Assembly (NCBI GenBank): GCA_964016885.1
Contig: OZ024745.1
Coordinates: 17,422,001-17,486,000 of the forward strand
Reading direction: 5' to 3'
Length of the DNA stretch: 64,000 nucleotides
DNA from: Eledone cirrhosa
Taxonomy: Eukaryota
Numbering within the stretch: the first letter of the stretch is position 1; every line of letters begins with the position of its first letter. Shown here piece after piece: positions 1-14,877 of the stretch. The translations under genes were made by a program, and so were the position numbers. The notes under the pieces are model-generated. The model saw nothing but the letters and a program-made list of their open reading frames with translations. It was not told where the DNA came from and did not search any database.

Positions 1-1986
1 CGAATATAATAATCTTATATTGAAGGAACTAAGGAAAAACTACAAGAGAACAACCAATGATGACCTTGAAATGCTAAACAGAGAAGCTTCCGATATAATT
101 CATAAATTATGCTCGAAAATAGGACCGAACCCTTTATACCTAGAAAACAAAAAATTAATTTGAAAGACCACAAAAGAAATTTGAAATAGAATTGCCAGTT
201 GGACTTATAGCACCATATAAATCAGACTTAGGTATAGTTAGTAAACATATATTAGATAGAATCATACCGCAACTTAAAGAAATATCATACTTAAAACTTT
301 GGAACGGGACTAATGAAGTTATAGATTGGTTCAATAACATAAAATATAAGCATAACAAAAAATTCATTCAATTGGATATTGCAAATTACTACACATCTAT
401 CACTCCTAATTTACTTAATAAAGCCCTTATCTATGCATATCAATATACTGATTTATCTAGCGATGAAATGCATATCATTTTAACTGTACGGAAAACCTTA
501 ATTAAATTTAACAACCATCTTTGGACCAGAGCTGATAGAGATAATAATTTCGATATCACTATGGTGTCACCAAGCGCAATTAACATATATTGTGGGGCTT
601 TTTATTAACAATGCATTACATAGAAAACTACCGGAGATCACCGGTGGTTTATATCGTGATAATATGCTGCTGTTAATTGAAAATAATAATAATTGTGAAA
701 TCAATAGAAAAAGAAAATCAATAATACAATTTTTTAATAGCTAAAATCTTAAGTTAGAGATAGAGAATAATTATAAAATTGTTAACTTTTTGGACGTAAC
801 ATTAAAGCTTAATACTGGGCTATACTATCCATTCCATAAAATTAATGAGAATTTAAATTATGTTAACTTTAACTCTAATCATCCTAGATCTGTTAAGAAG
901 ACTATCGTAAATTCAGCGAATAAAAATATATTTGAAGATAAGGCACAATATTATAACGAAGCTTTAAGTAGAGCAGGCTATAATAATTTGTTTCTACTTT
1001 TAGCACAAGGCCAGCAAATACCCAGTGCATTACTGGTACTTTATTTTATCGACCCCGTAAGGGTGAAAGGCAAAGTTAACCTCGGCGGGATTTGAACTCA
1101 GAATGGCAAGGGCTGTAACTCCATGCGTCAAAGCATAGCGTCCGACCCTCTACCGATACTGCCAATGAAATTAAATACATCGACAATAATAATAAGGCAA
1201 TTAACCATGATATTAAACATAATATTAATTATAATTATAATTATAATAAGAAACCTAGCATAAACTCTAAAACTAAAAGAAGAAATAGAACTAGAAACAT
1301 AATATGGTATGCTCCTCCATTTTCACTAACTATTAAAACACCTTTAGCTAAACTATTTTTTAAAGCTCTTGATAAATGTTTTCCCAAGGCACATATATAT
1401 TATTCAATCTTTAACAGATATACAATTAAACTATCTTACTCCACTACTATGAATTTAGCACATGATATGAATAGAATCAATAATAACAATCTAAACCTTA
1501 ACCAGAATAGCACTAATACCTCTAGAATTATCCAATATAATAATACTGTTCCGAATAATATAAATTCTGATAAATGTAATTGTAGAATTAAATCTAACTA
1601 TTCTTTAAAAAGTCACTGTTTAGTCTATAAATGCAATGTCAAAACTAATGATAATATTTTTAACTATGTAGGCTCAACTTCTACAGACTTTAAATCCCGT
1701 TTCAATAACCATAAATGCTCGTTCAACTTCTTAAAAATCTTCAACTTCTCTATCCAGCTTGATAGGGAACCTAAAATACAAAAATATAGACTATTCTTTA
1801 TCTTGGAATATAATTTCAGAGGCACCTGCTTACGATAACCCAGCTTTATCCAAATTTTGCAATTTCTGTGTTGAAGAAATTTTCTTGATACTTAAATGTA
1901 AGAACTCCATTAATTTGCGTAATAATTTATTTAGTTCTTGTAAACATCGCCAAAATTCAACTTTTAGATATATATATATAATATAA
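1..1986 (+). pseudogene. PLE reverse transcriptase + GIY-YIG endonuclease, disrupted
   Basis: Collinear with the 659-aa ORF at 59268-61247 but with stops, frameshifts and a SINE insertion. Confidence 0.9.
988..1166 (-). mobile_element. tRNA-derived SINE (family A) inserted in the PLE ORF
   Basis: Minus strand has A-box-like TGGCAGTATCGG, B-box GAGTTCAAATCC and core GCCTTTCACCCTTACGGGGTCGATAAAATAAAGTACCAG; about 9 copies in window. Confidence 0.9.
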
Positions 1987-3516
1987 TTACACGTTTAATC
2001 TTCCCTATATAATGTTTACTCTATCCAAACACCTATAATCTCATTTCTTAAATTATATGCATATATGTTCATAAATTCTAAGTTTAAATTTAAATTTAAT
2101 GTAATTCTAATTTTAATATCTTTTACATCTTAAACATATATATAATTTACTTCTTAAATCTATAATCTTTACTTTTTAATATTTTTACTTCTTAAATATC
2201 TTTACTTTTATTTTTCTCTATACTTATCTTACTTCCAAAATATCTCATAATCTTTTTAGAAAGATTACTTAACATTTTTTTTTAAATTATTTATTTCCAA
2301 AAAACTATTTTTCGGGGTCACTTAATATTTTTAATATATTTTTTGAATTTTCATATTTTTCTAATATTTAAACATTTCTAAATATTTTTAAATATTTTAA
2401 GTATTTTCAAATATTTATTAATATTTCTTTATATATTTTTGAATAATTTTCGGTTTTAATTATAATTCCTGAATAATTTTAGGTTTTAATTAATTTTTAA
2501 ACGCTTTTAAACGTTTTAAAAAGATTTCGAATATCTTCGGAGTCTTTTTGAGATTAAAAAAAAAAATCTCTTGAAAGTCTTTTTATAGTCTTAATTTCTA
2601 TAATCTGAATTTTAAATGGTTTTAGTATTTTCTTATACTTTTAATTAATTATCTAATTTTTTTTGTAATTATTTGTAATTTTTTCTAATTTTTTCTAATT
2701 TTTTCTAATTATTTAATATTAGAGTTACAACCAGTAACAAACACTGGCTAAATATATCTTTAAACATATCATTGTCAAACTTATCTCATAATAACTAATA
2801 GATAAACAAAACTGGGATTTTCAATATTTTTCCAATGTAAAACATTAAACATATAGGTAATCTTATTGACTCAGTTAATTTAATTTAATTTAAATAATTT
2901 AACATCTATAACATGATTTATCCATTTATACTCTCACATATCTATCTTTATATCTATGCTCCTATTTTTTACTTATTTAAATCTATTTTTAATATATTTT
3001 AATATATGTAGATATATTTTAATATAACTTAATATATTTTAATATATCTTTATTTTTATTTATTAATATATCTTTTATTTTTAATATATCTTTATTTTTA
3101 ATATATCTTTATCTTTATTTTCCCTATATATCTAACTTTCTATATACTTATTATAAAGAATCTAACAATTATTAGTAAATATACGTAACATAAATATTTA
3201 AAATAAATATGACGTATTTACGATATACAAACTTATCCTCGGATAAGCTTATTTCTTCGCTCTTTCCTCACTTTACTTCTTCACTCTAACTCTACATATA
3301 ATAATATTATTTTCTCTCTTTCTTTTTTCTCTCTCTTCTTCCAACAGTATAATTTAAAAAAACAATTGTTTTTTTCAATTTTTCGGACGTTCATTTGCCT
3401 ACTCACACAGAACTTTGAATTACCCTCGATAAAAAAATGTTTCCTCTATCCAGCGAACTTTCAACCGTCAAGGTTGTTTTTCCACGGTTATGTCAATATT
3501 TATAAAACAAATCTTG

Positions 3517-3581
3517 TATTTTATCTGATGAAAGCGCACCAAAACTGCCTTGGTTGCTCTTGAAATATATATAATAAAATA
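3517..3581 (+). ncRNA. Minimal type I hammerhead ribozyme
   Basis: TATTTTAT-CTGATGA-stem II (AAGCGCACCA..TGGTTGCTCTT)-GAAA-TATATA-TA-ATAAAATA; 8-bp stem I, palindromic stem III. Confidence 0.85.
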
Positions 3582-3762
3582 ATTATGGTTTTATAAATAT
3601 AGTTCCTATTTATTAATATATTGAATATATACTCCAGTAAACTGTTGAGTGCTTTATATCAGTTATAAACTTTTAATCTTGTTGGAATCCCAACAAATTA
3701 AATATAACTTCTGCACACACACACACACACATACACATACACACACACACACATATATATAT

Positions 3763-4705
3763 AAAGAATTAATAATAACAGGTAGACATCATAAAAAGGC
3801 AATTTATTCTGAGTGCTTACAAATGTTTCAAAAGTGGTCATACAGCCTAGTCATGCTATGTGGAAATTGGTAATTATTTGCAGAAACTCAATTTTCAAAT
3901 GCTGCTTCTACCGTTTCCTCAGAGCCGAATGGTTAAAATGTAAATACCCTTGTATTTGTTAAAGGAAGTTATTGGGGAAGATAGAGTAGAAAAGGAAGAG
4001 AGAAAGAAGGGAAGGGAGAAAGAGAGAGAGAGAGAGAGATATGTAGGGGTTGGAGAAATAGGAGAGAGTGGTTTGAAGAATACAGATATCTTAATCAAAA
4101 TATTGTGGTAGGGGTTTTATTATACTGCTTACTCTGAAAGTGACAACCTTAGGCGATGTGTTGATATAATTAAGGTTGGAATTATTTATAGCCACAGAGA
4201 GCAGGTTCATAGATATGGAGAGGGAAGGAGGTAGACCGATGGCGAGAGAGGGGGGGGTTGAAAGAGAGATAGAGAGGGGGCAGACGAAAGCTACCCGACG
4301 GGGGTACATCGTGTCCATAGTTGTAGTCTACAAATCGCACTTAAGTATCCATTTATAATGATAAGCAGGGTATTGTCTTGCAGTGTGGGGGTGGGGATAT
4401 AGTTAGGAATTAGTTATTGAGAGAAAATAGTTAGCGAGAAAGCGATGTTATAGTCTCGGGTTCGAATGTTAAGTTATTTTATAGTGAGAGAATTTAGCCT
4501 TCAGTTTGTGCAATATAATGATCGTTCGATTATGTCATTTAGTAATTTATTTTTGGATTTTGAGATGTAAAAGAGTTCAAGGTTGCATAATCTGCAGTAC
4601 TTTAATCAACTCCGATATGCACTAGCGCTGGAAAGTTTATCCCATTTCAAGGTGAACTGCCAGTTACATTCTCGGAGTTGCCAGTCTTATTGACGAGCGT
4701 AGTCA
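3763..4705 (-). mobile_element. 5'-truncated Naiad-like PLE (GIY-YIG C-terminus + pLTR)
   Basis: Minus-strand translation near 4480-4680: FTLKWDKLSSASAYRS*LKYCRLCNLELFYISKSKNKLLN, matching the C-terminus of the other Naiad-like ORFs. Confidence 0.8.
3815..3925 (-). ncRNA. Hammerhead ribozyme-like motif with extended stem II
   Basis: GCT-CTGAGGA-(~86 nt, partly self-complementary)-GAAA-CATTTG-TA-AGC. Confidence 0.55.
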
Positions 4706-5156
4706 CAAGACGGTGATTAGGATGTTTAATCGATGTATATATATATATGGAAGTATGTATGTATACTTACATACATATATGTATACAGACGTACAGTGGC
4801 ATGTATATATATACATACATGCACACATATATATATATGCACGATAGATGGAATAGAATGAAACGAAATTACATTTCTCACTCTTAGTACGGCAGTTACT
4901 TAAATGTAAGTATGTATGTATACGTACATGCATATGTCTATACAGACGTACAGTAGTGTGTATATATATACATACATGCACACATATATATATATGCACG
5001 TATCGGTTTACCGAACATTTATTATAATGCTCCGTTTGTTTGTAAACAAACAAACAGCTCGAATTACGCCGTACAGTGTTTAGCAACCATCGTTGCCCTT
5101 TTGTTCAACACTGACACACTAAGAGGGAGAAATGAAATTTCGTTTCATTCTATTCC

Positions 5157-5380
<224 letters not shown>

Positions 5381-5384
5381 GGAG

Positions 5385-6893
<1,509 letters not shown>

Positions 6894-7499
6894 TCACACT
6901 CTGCTCTGTAGGAGCATAGAGTGCTGAACCGGCATACCGCCTATTGACGAATCTTAGCTACCATAAGACACACACACACACATATTTATATATATATAAG
7001 GGAACAAAGAATCAGCGTCGCATCATATACATATTTGATTAGATATTACATATGTTTCACTGGCGATCAGTTCGAGGAATGATAGATTAATATATGAACC
7101 TGACGCTCTATATATAATTACAAAAGGTTAATTAAATCATTACAGAGGCGCTAGAATGATATTTTAAAAACAAAATTCATGTTTCGTTGCCTCGCTTGTG
7201 TAACTCCCTTTGCATCAGACTGTAGTGGACGTATAAAAATATAAGCATTTAGATTTCATTGCACTGGCCAATAATATGCACGAGACGGTTGCTTCTGACA
7301 GGACTCGCTGGAAGGAGTATTTGAGGATTCTTCCCCGATGATCCTCTCAAGAAGAAGAAGAAGAAGAAGAAGAAGATTATAAATTTACACGCACGATTCT
7401 CATAGCTATAAGATTTTTTGTCGTATTTGTTTTTTTGTTTTTTGATCATAGTTGGCCCAACTATGAATAAGAAAGTAACATCAAACGTTTAGGTTTCAC

Positions 7500-8310
7500 A
7501 ATATAAAATTAATAGTACATTGCGTAATTTATTCCCTCAAGTTACAGTAAGCAACATGATTTTACCAAGTGTTTTTCCTCCTTATAATTTCTAGCACATG
7601 CATCTGCTATGTAGAGTTTAACTCCATTTAAATCTGGCGGTTAGAAATAGATAATTTAATTTCTCGCCCGGGATTTTTTAAAAATATATAATTGTTATCT
7701 CAAAATATAAATTGTATAAATTTTATTTAAAATTTAAACAATTCAATGCAATGGCTACTGACACATGAATATCTTTGAAATTCAAGAAAATAAACTACAC
7801 AAAAACATTCCACTCACAAAAATTCACTTAAATGAAAAACGACTATTTCTTTAAAATAAACAAAAGAAAGTCAGTTTAATGAGATACTTGGATATGCTTC
7901 ATTTATATATTTCTGTTTGTTATGGTTTTTCCTGCTATAAAACACCCACATTAATCACTTTAATATTACATTAAGCAGTGGTAATGTCATTTCATAGAAA
8001 ACTATGTGCATATCTGTCAGCTAGACTTTCTTGCTTTCCTACTTAATGTATTCAACAGAAATAGCACACTTAATGTCTAAATAACATACAAAAAGAACCT
8101 ACGAGAATATTTTAACCAACGTGATGGATGAGTATAAATTACATTGCCTATAATGACCTAGCTAATAGGCTGTTCTCAAATGATAAATTGTTAATACACG
8201 AGAATATTAACGAATTAAAAGAAATGAAAGTTAACATTACATTATCATATATGATTTCACCTAGTATAACCGAGGCATTATACGCGAGAGCGTACAACTC
8301 TTCAGTATAA
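7500..8310 (+). pseudogene. Decayed LRR (TLR-ectodomain-like) gene fragment
   Basis: ORF 8128-8310 INYIAYNDLANRLFSNDKLLIHENINELKEM..ITLSY resembles an invertebrate TLR-type LRR; upstream CFSSL*FL. Confidence 0.35.
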
Positions 8311-8339
8311 AATATATACAGTATATATACATGCACACG

Positions 8340-8379
<40 letters not shown>

Positions 8380-8405
8380 TCATATATAAATATATACATA
8401 CATAC

Positions 8406-8436
<31 letters not shown>

Positions 8437-9254
8437 CATACATACATACATACCATACATACATACATACATACACATAATGGTTTTATCTCGGTTTCGA
8501 GAACTGCCATCACTTGACATTCTTCTCATAAATGGTGGTACGAAAATGATATTTTACCCCTGCCAATCATTTAAATTCCTTTCTGCATATCCTGCAATGA
8601 AAGAAAAAAAGAAATGACCATGCAGACGCAAAACACGTGTAAATTCTTTGAATGTTATTTAAGGGTGGAAAGGCCTTGTAATGGAAAACTACAACTCCCG
8701 ATCAAAGGTGACAGGTATACAATAAGAACAGACTTACATTATTAGCCGCCCTCGAGTCGCAGGTTTTACACCAGAGCTTCTCTTCTCCTAGAATGATGTC
8801 CTAATAAGAACTAGGGGTCTCTCACAACCGCTATTTTCAGACACATTAATACGTACTGATGCCGCCATACACATATATGTGCTAACGTATTATTATGCTA
8901 ACGTATATTTCGTAATCAAAGTAAGGATTATTCAGATGTTCATTAGGGTTTAGTTATTATAGCGGAGACATTTGAAATAAAACGACCATTTTCTTTTATT
9001 AGTTAGGCCCAACCATTTAGTTTTACATTTTCTTTATTTTTTTTTCACGCTTTTTCCACAAATAGAATTCATATCTATCTGACAAATGACAATCGTGACG
9101 TCACACTGCTAGTCAATGAATCTGTTATAACACATGTATAATATCTTGAGGCTCATTTTTGCTTATCCCTTTTTTTCCGTAAAGGGTAGCGACTGACAGC
9201 ACAATATTTCCTTGGACAGGACGACAGCCGTCCCATGTTTAAAAGCTCCAGCTA

Positions 9255-9404
9255 TTGTTGTTACATATTTTCAGCTGAGTATTCTAAAACAACGTGAAAT
9301 AAAGTGTTTTGCACAAGAACAAAACAAACAACCCACTCCAGGAATCGAACCCACGGTATTATGATTGTAGATCTAACACCATTGCCACTAGGCTATACGT
9401 CTCC
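9255..9404 (-). mobile_element. tRNA-derived SINE (family B, CORE-like), partial
   Basis: Minus strand TAGCCTAGTGG (A-box), GGTTCGATTCC (B-box), then TGTTCTTGTGCAAAACACTTTATTTCAC. Confidence 0.7.
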
Positions 9405-9429
9405 TGTATGTAGCAAGTATACCTACCAA

Positions 9430-10050
9430 AATTACACCTGGGCGTCTTCCAATAAACATGATGACATCTTCAATGTGGTAATTCTGGTTTTATCATCTAA
9501 AAACCATACGGAATAGAATCTACTGATAAGGTTTTGATCATATGTATAGTTCATTATAAGTGCATGGGACTAAGTAAAACTAACAATCGTGGTTAAGTAA
9601 AATTAATAAATAACGAAATAGAACTAATCACAGGAATGATCTGTTTTCGAATATGTAATACAGATAATTTTTCAAAAAGCTGAAACGTTTTTGTAACGTC
9701 GAGTATCTTCTATTCCAGGGGATAAAATGTTACAAGAAGACATTTCAGGAAAGCATAGTTAAAATATCACGATGGCGTTTATTCCTGCTTGGATTCCACC
9801 AACATCGACCGACTATTAACTGAATGAAGCACAACTAAATTCTGATAAAATATTCATATAAATGAAATCGATTTAATACAAACACATTTTCAGTTATTTA
9901 ATTAAAACACACAAACATATTTTAGTAGAAGGCTATATGGTTCCTTCTCAACGTGACTTCATTAAAAACATCTCCTATTTTCTACATATATAGGGACTAT
10001 GCTATAACTCATCTGGAAATCTACCTTCAAGCAGAAATGAGTGAGATCAT
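9430..10050 (+). pseudogene. Possible decayed LRR gene fragment
   Basis: Broken motifs DDIFNVVILVLSSKN, LINNEIELI, NVEYLLFQG. Confidence 0.25.
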
Positions 10051-10618
10051 ACTATGCATTTAGAAGATATGAAATTTTACATTGAAATATGTAAACAGAT
10101 GTAGAGTGTGTTTTTCTAACCAATATTAAACATTCAATAGTGTTTCTTTTTTTTTTTTTCGATTTTATTTCTAGTAACAGTGTGATGTCTAAATATAACC
10201 GATAGATTTTTCCTCTGTTCATTGTTATCATCAATAAAGTCACAATGCTTCTGTTCCCGCAAGCAATGTATTCAGAATTAATTCTTAATGTGTATTTCTG
10301 AAAAGTTTTACTGTTATACAAATACCCAATAAATAGCCAAGGGGTGCACGTCTTAAAACATCATCGTGCTGTTTAGATTATATATACAGAGATATGTGAA
10401 TGTTGTTTGTTTACAACAAATATACACGTCTAAGATATGTATTTCACAAACTCTCTGTCTGACTATCCATATTTCTCACTCACCCCACTCTCTCACCTCC
10501 TCCTCTCGTTCGCTTGATATATATATATATATATATGTGTGTATATGTGTGAAAGTGTAAGAGTATTTTTTTTTCATTCATTTGTAATATGTTTATATAT
10601 ATATATATATACACACAC

Positions 10619-10738
<120 letters not shown>

Positions 10739-11028
10739 TCTATCATCATCTATTTATCATTCTGTCTTCTGATGACGGATTATAGAGCCCGAAATGCTCA
10801 AAAAAATTTTTTTATTATTTCAAGCATCAAACCAATATATTCTTTCATTTTATTTTATTCGGACGCTTGAATTGAGAAAATTTGAAAAGTGCCAACGAAA
10901 AGTGTTATTGTATCAGAATATTATGAATGTTTCAAAAATACTTTTCAATGATTACTCTCTCATGGATACATACATATCTCACATACACAAACGCGCACAC
11001 ACTCATACACATACGGATACATACATAC

Positions 11029-11060
<32 letters not shown>

Positions 11061-11173
11061 TAAAATGTGAGGTATTTTTTACAAAATGAAAAATAACAGA
11101 GGTGTCCTACACAAGATGAAATCGAAAATGCAACTGGAGTCTTTTTTTTTTTAAATATATATTTATTTGGTTC

Positions 11174-11213
11174 CTTTAACGGTCGGTTTCGCAGTCCTTC
11201 TGCTTTTCAAAAG
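11174..11213 (-). ncRNA. Hammerhead-like motif, U3-A8 core variant (mirror copy 15035-15070 +, mutated)
   Basis: CTT-TTGAAAA-GCAG aagga CTGC-GAAA-CCGACCGT-TA-AAG. Confidence 0.6.
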
Positions 11214-11329
11214 TAGAATTGAGATGGAGGGTCTGTGGTTTTTCTCACATCTGGTTGGTCTTTGAATGTTACTTTTTTCATATGGAAAAAAGTGACTCGA
11301 AATACCAGGTTTTTAGAGAAGTAATTTGG

Positions 11330-12010
11330 TTGGTTGGTGAATAAATATAATAAATTTCGCGCCAGTTTGCGTTACAAAGTTCTTCAGGTTGTTTTTTCAT
11401 ATATGAGTGAAGTTTGGTTGGTTGATGCAGTCACGTGAATAAGCACATCAGCTTTCGCGCCAGTTTGTGTTTGAATTTCTTTTTACTTAAAAAAAAGTGG
11501 CTCATGAAGGCTTTTTTTTTAAATAAATGTAATTTGATTGGTTATAAATGAAATTATGATTGTCACGTGAACAAGTACATTAAATTTCGTGCCCGTATTT
11601 TGGAATTTTTTCATAGCCATTTAGAGAATTTTGTGCCAAACAAAACATCATTGTTTCTATTTCTGGCACAAGGCCAGCAAATACCCAGTATATTACTGGT
11701 ACTTTATTTTATCTACCCCGTAAGGATGAAAGGCAAATTTAACCTTGGCGGGATTTGAACTGAGACCGTAAAGGGGCGTAACTATGTGGGAAAGCATGGC
11801 GTCCGACGTTCTACTGATACAGCCAATCCCCCAAACAAAAATAATGGTCAAGAACATAGGATGGAGTGAATAGTTCTGAGTATGACCGATGTGCTGAAAT
11901 GTAATGTGATTGGTTATAAATGAAATTAATACTGTCACGTGAACAAGTACATTAAAAATCGCGCCCGTATTTGGGAATTTGTTTTGTAACCTTTTAGAGA
12001 ATTTTGTGCC
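11330..12010. promoter_or_regulatory. Repeated TTTCGCGCC / GTCACGTGA / GATTGG motif block in the pLTR
   Basis: TTTCGCGCC at 11355 and 11453; GTCACGTGA at about 11430, 11562, 11934; these match E2F, E-box and reverse CCAAT consensus. Confidence 0.4.
11651..11829 (-). mobile_element. SINE family A
   Basis: Near-identical to 988-1166; inserted in the pLTR. Confidence 0.9.
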
Positions 12011-13694
12011 AAACAAAAGATAATGGTCAGGAAAAATGGGATAGGAAGAATTGTTCTGCTTCAGTGAATATGGCTGGTGCGCTGGGGTGTCAGAATTCAG
12101 ACTTTCTATTGAAATAAAGAAAGTAAAGATATGTATGTTTATTTGTGTGCTTGTGTGTGGGTGTGTGTGTGTGTAGAAAGATGATTCTATTAGTAGAAAT
12201 GGGGGAGGGAGTTCTGTGTGTGTGTATGTGTGTGTAGGAGCATGGTTAGCATGTTAAGATGGAGAGAATATGTATATTTTGTGTGTGTGTAGGAAAATGA
12301 TTGTATTAGTAGAAATGGGGGAGGGTGTTGTTTGTGTGTATGGGTGTTATGTGCGTCTGTATGGGTGTTATGTGTGTGTGTAGGAAAATGATTTTGTTAG
12401 TAGAAATGAGGGAGAGAGTTATGTGTGGGGTGGGTGGGCAGGGGGGTTGTTTAGCGTGTTAAGGTGTTAGAGTATTAACGTATGTTAAGGTTCATTTAGT
12501 TCTTGTTTTTATTTTCTAAAGTAGAAGGTGTTATATGTGTGTGTGTATGTGTCTGTTTGGATGGTTAGCATGTTATGGTGTTGACATAATGTATATTAAA
12601 CTATATTTAATGCTGGTCTATATCTTTGAATAAACATATTTTCTTTATTTATTCATATTTGTTCTGTTGTATTGTCAGCGCAAAGATAACATGGGAAGAC
12701 TTGGAATTAAGGTGTGTTATTACTTGCGCATATGTCTAGATGTGCACTTAGTGGTATCTGTCTCATGGATGGGTCTCGTAATTGTTGGCGACTAACTGAC
12801 ATTCTGTTTAGTTTGTCCTATATAATCTTCATTGCATCCTTTACATTTAATGGCATGAATTAGATTTGTTGATGAGCATGTGTTTGTCCTGATTGAAATG
12901 TATACGTGGTGCCTTCAATGAGGTGAGTGCAGGATCCACAATTAGAGCGACCACAGTTTTTGACAGTTGGTTGTGGCTTTGCGGTAGGTAATTTAGCATT
13001 GTTGAGTAATGATTTTAGTGATTTCGGTTGTCTTTTTATTTTGATTATTTTGTGTGTTTCAAGGGTTTTTTTTTCATTCTTGGGTCTGGTTTCAATAGTG
13101 GGATGTTCTTGGGAATAGTGTTGTAAGCTTCCGCATTTCTTGGGTTATGTGTTGAGATATTTGATAGAATATTGGACGTACCTTGAATTTGTTTCTGTTT
13201 TCGTAATTCATCAATGCCTATTGCTTTAGCCCTTTTTATTCCATTATTTATTAGTAATGGTGGGTACTGTTTTTCGAGTAGAATTTCTTTTGATTCTTGA
13301 AGTCTTTTATTTCGTGTTTCATAATTGGAGACAATTGTGCAAATTCTTCTTGCTAGGGTAAAAGGGATGTTCGTCATCGTGTGCTTTGGATGGTTGGAGG
13401 TAAATAGCAGGTATTGTTTGGAATCTGTTGGTTTGTAGTGTATGTCAGTTTCAATCTTTGTGTCTTTTTTTAAGATTAAGATGTTCAGAAATGGGAGTTA
13501 ATCTTGCCTGTATTCCATTGTGAATTGGATGTGGTTATTGAAGCCGTTAATAAAATGTTTGAAATCATTTAGTTGGTCGACTGTGTGAGACTAAAGAATG
13601 AGACAATCATCCAAGTAGACTTTCCAATTCTCTGATAAATATTTGTGGAAGTTCAATCCGTATTTTGATTTGGACTGCTCATATATATATACAT

Positions 13695-13770
<76 letters not shown>

Positions 13771-13797
13771 ACTGTTCATTTATATACATATATATAA

Positions 13798-13890
<93 letters not shown>

Positions 13891-13931
13891 CGAAACATAA
13901 GTCAATTGCATGAACTCATAATCCTTTATTT

Positions 13932-13987
13932 ACTGCTATATATATTTCGATGATAGCCATTGAATGGCTATGACCTCATCAGGCAGT
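13932..13987 (-). ncRNA. Minimal type I hammerhead ribozyme in a solo pLTR fragment
   Basis: ACTGC-CTGATGA-GGTCATAGCCAT tca ATGGCTATCATC-GAAA-TATATA-TA-GCAGT. Confidence 0.9.
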
Positions 13988-14151
13988 TAGTCAGTTCTTA
14001 GATATGCCAGATCTGTGTGTATAGTGTTGATGGTATCAGAGCCTTGGGACATATGTATATATATATATATATATTTATATGTTTAGTGGTAGAACACTAG
14101 AAGGAAATATCCGTATGGTAGAGCACCTAGTCTATGGGACGATATAGGTAG

Positions 14152-14308
14152 AAGTGTTTACACAACAGTTAGTTCACCATACCGAGAACAATCGTTTCAC
14201 CTTCGCGGATCCTCAGCTCGTAATATATATATATATATATCACGAGATGAGGATCTGCTAAGGTGAAACAATTGTTCTCGGTATGGTGAACTAACTGTTC
14301 TGTAACCA

Positions 14309-14358
<50 letters not shown>

Positions 14359-14427
14359 TGGTTACAGAACAGTTAGTTCACCATACCGAGAACAATTGTT
14401 TCACCTTAGCAGATCCTCAGCTCGTGA
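14152..14427. repeat. Three ~72-bp HHR-bearing units in -/+/- orientation separated by (TA)n
   Basis: Units 14152-14222, 14240-14311, 14356-14427; CGAG-CTGAGGA-TCTGCTAAGGT-GAAA-CAATTG-TT-CTCG. Confidence 0.88.
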
Positions 14428-14454
14428 TATATATATATATATATTTCGTTTCTG

Positions 14455-14688
14455 ACAAAATGGCGTAGGATAGAAGAAAGGAAAGGCACTGAAGAGGTCA
14501 CAGAGTGTGTGACGCAAGGACTATATTTAAACAACTATCTGGTTGTGGAACCAACCAACCAACCAGAAATTTATAGGTTTGTAAATTTGTAAATTTGTAA
14601 ATTTATAAATTTATAAATATATAATAAATTGAAGTAAAAGCAACTGGTGCGTGTGTTTCTTATTGGCAACATCACCCTCCCAAAGTAT

Positions 14689-14695
<7 letters not shown>
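14455..14695 (+). mobile_element. Solo pLTR-like repeat (family shared with 37452-37706) with HHR-like core
   Basis: AAAATGGCGTAGGA..CTGAAGA-G-GTCACA gagtg TGTGAC-GCAA..ACCCTCCCAAAGTATAACAA(TA)n. Confidence 0.7.
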
Positions 14696-14755
<60 letters not shown>

Positions 14756-14776
14756 TATATATATATATATATTATA

Positions 14777-14877
<101 letters not shown>

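Larger units (their letters stand above)
1..3712 (+). mobile_element. Penelope-like retroelement, Naiad-like, degenerate; runs off the left edge
   Basis: Frameshifted ORF pieces 192-608, 790-, 1449-1986 give PSKSDLG-like, QLDIANYYTSI, FDITM, GGLYRDN (652-663), FLDVTL, NSNHP, CNCR..VYKC..YVGSTSTDFKSRFNNHK, W.IISEAPAY..CNFCVEE; AT-rich 3' region with HHR, ending at (CA)n(TA)n. Confidence 0.92.

Noticed and set aside
988-1166. tRNA gene suggested by A and B boxes (all SINE copies, also 9330-9404)
   Set aside because: No cloverleaf; multi-copy with shared downstream body, so SINE heads
4530-4620. In-frame TGA codons in the Naiad-like fragment as selenocysteine
   Set aside because: Not at conserved cysteine positions; the fragment is decayed
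7040-7085. Minus-strand ACTG..CAGT-GAAA-CATATG-TA half hammerhead (similar halves near 5975, 8490, 39975)
   Set aside because: CUGANGA box absent or too degenerate to call
10765-10802. CTGATGA..GAAA hammerhead candidate
   Set aside because: Closing pair of stem II and stems I and III do not pair convincingly; at most a relic
14152-14427. Repeat-spacer pattern resembling a CRISPR array
   Set aside because: Units alternate in orientation, spacers are plain (TA)n, context is eukaryotic and no cas genes are present
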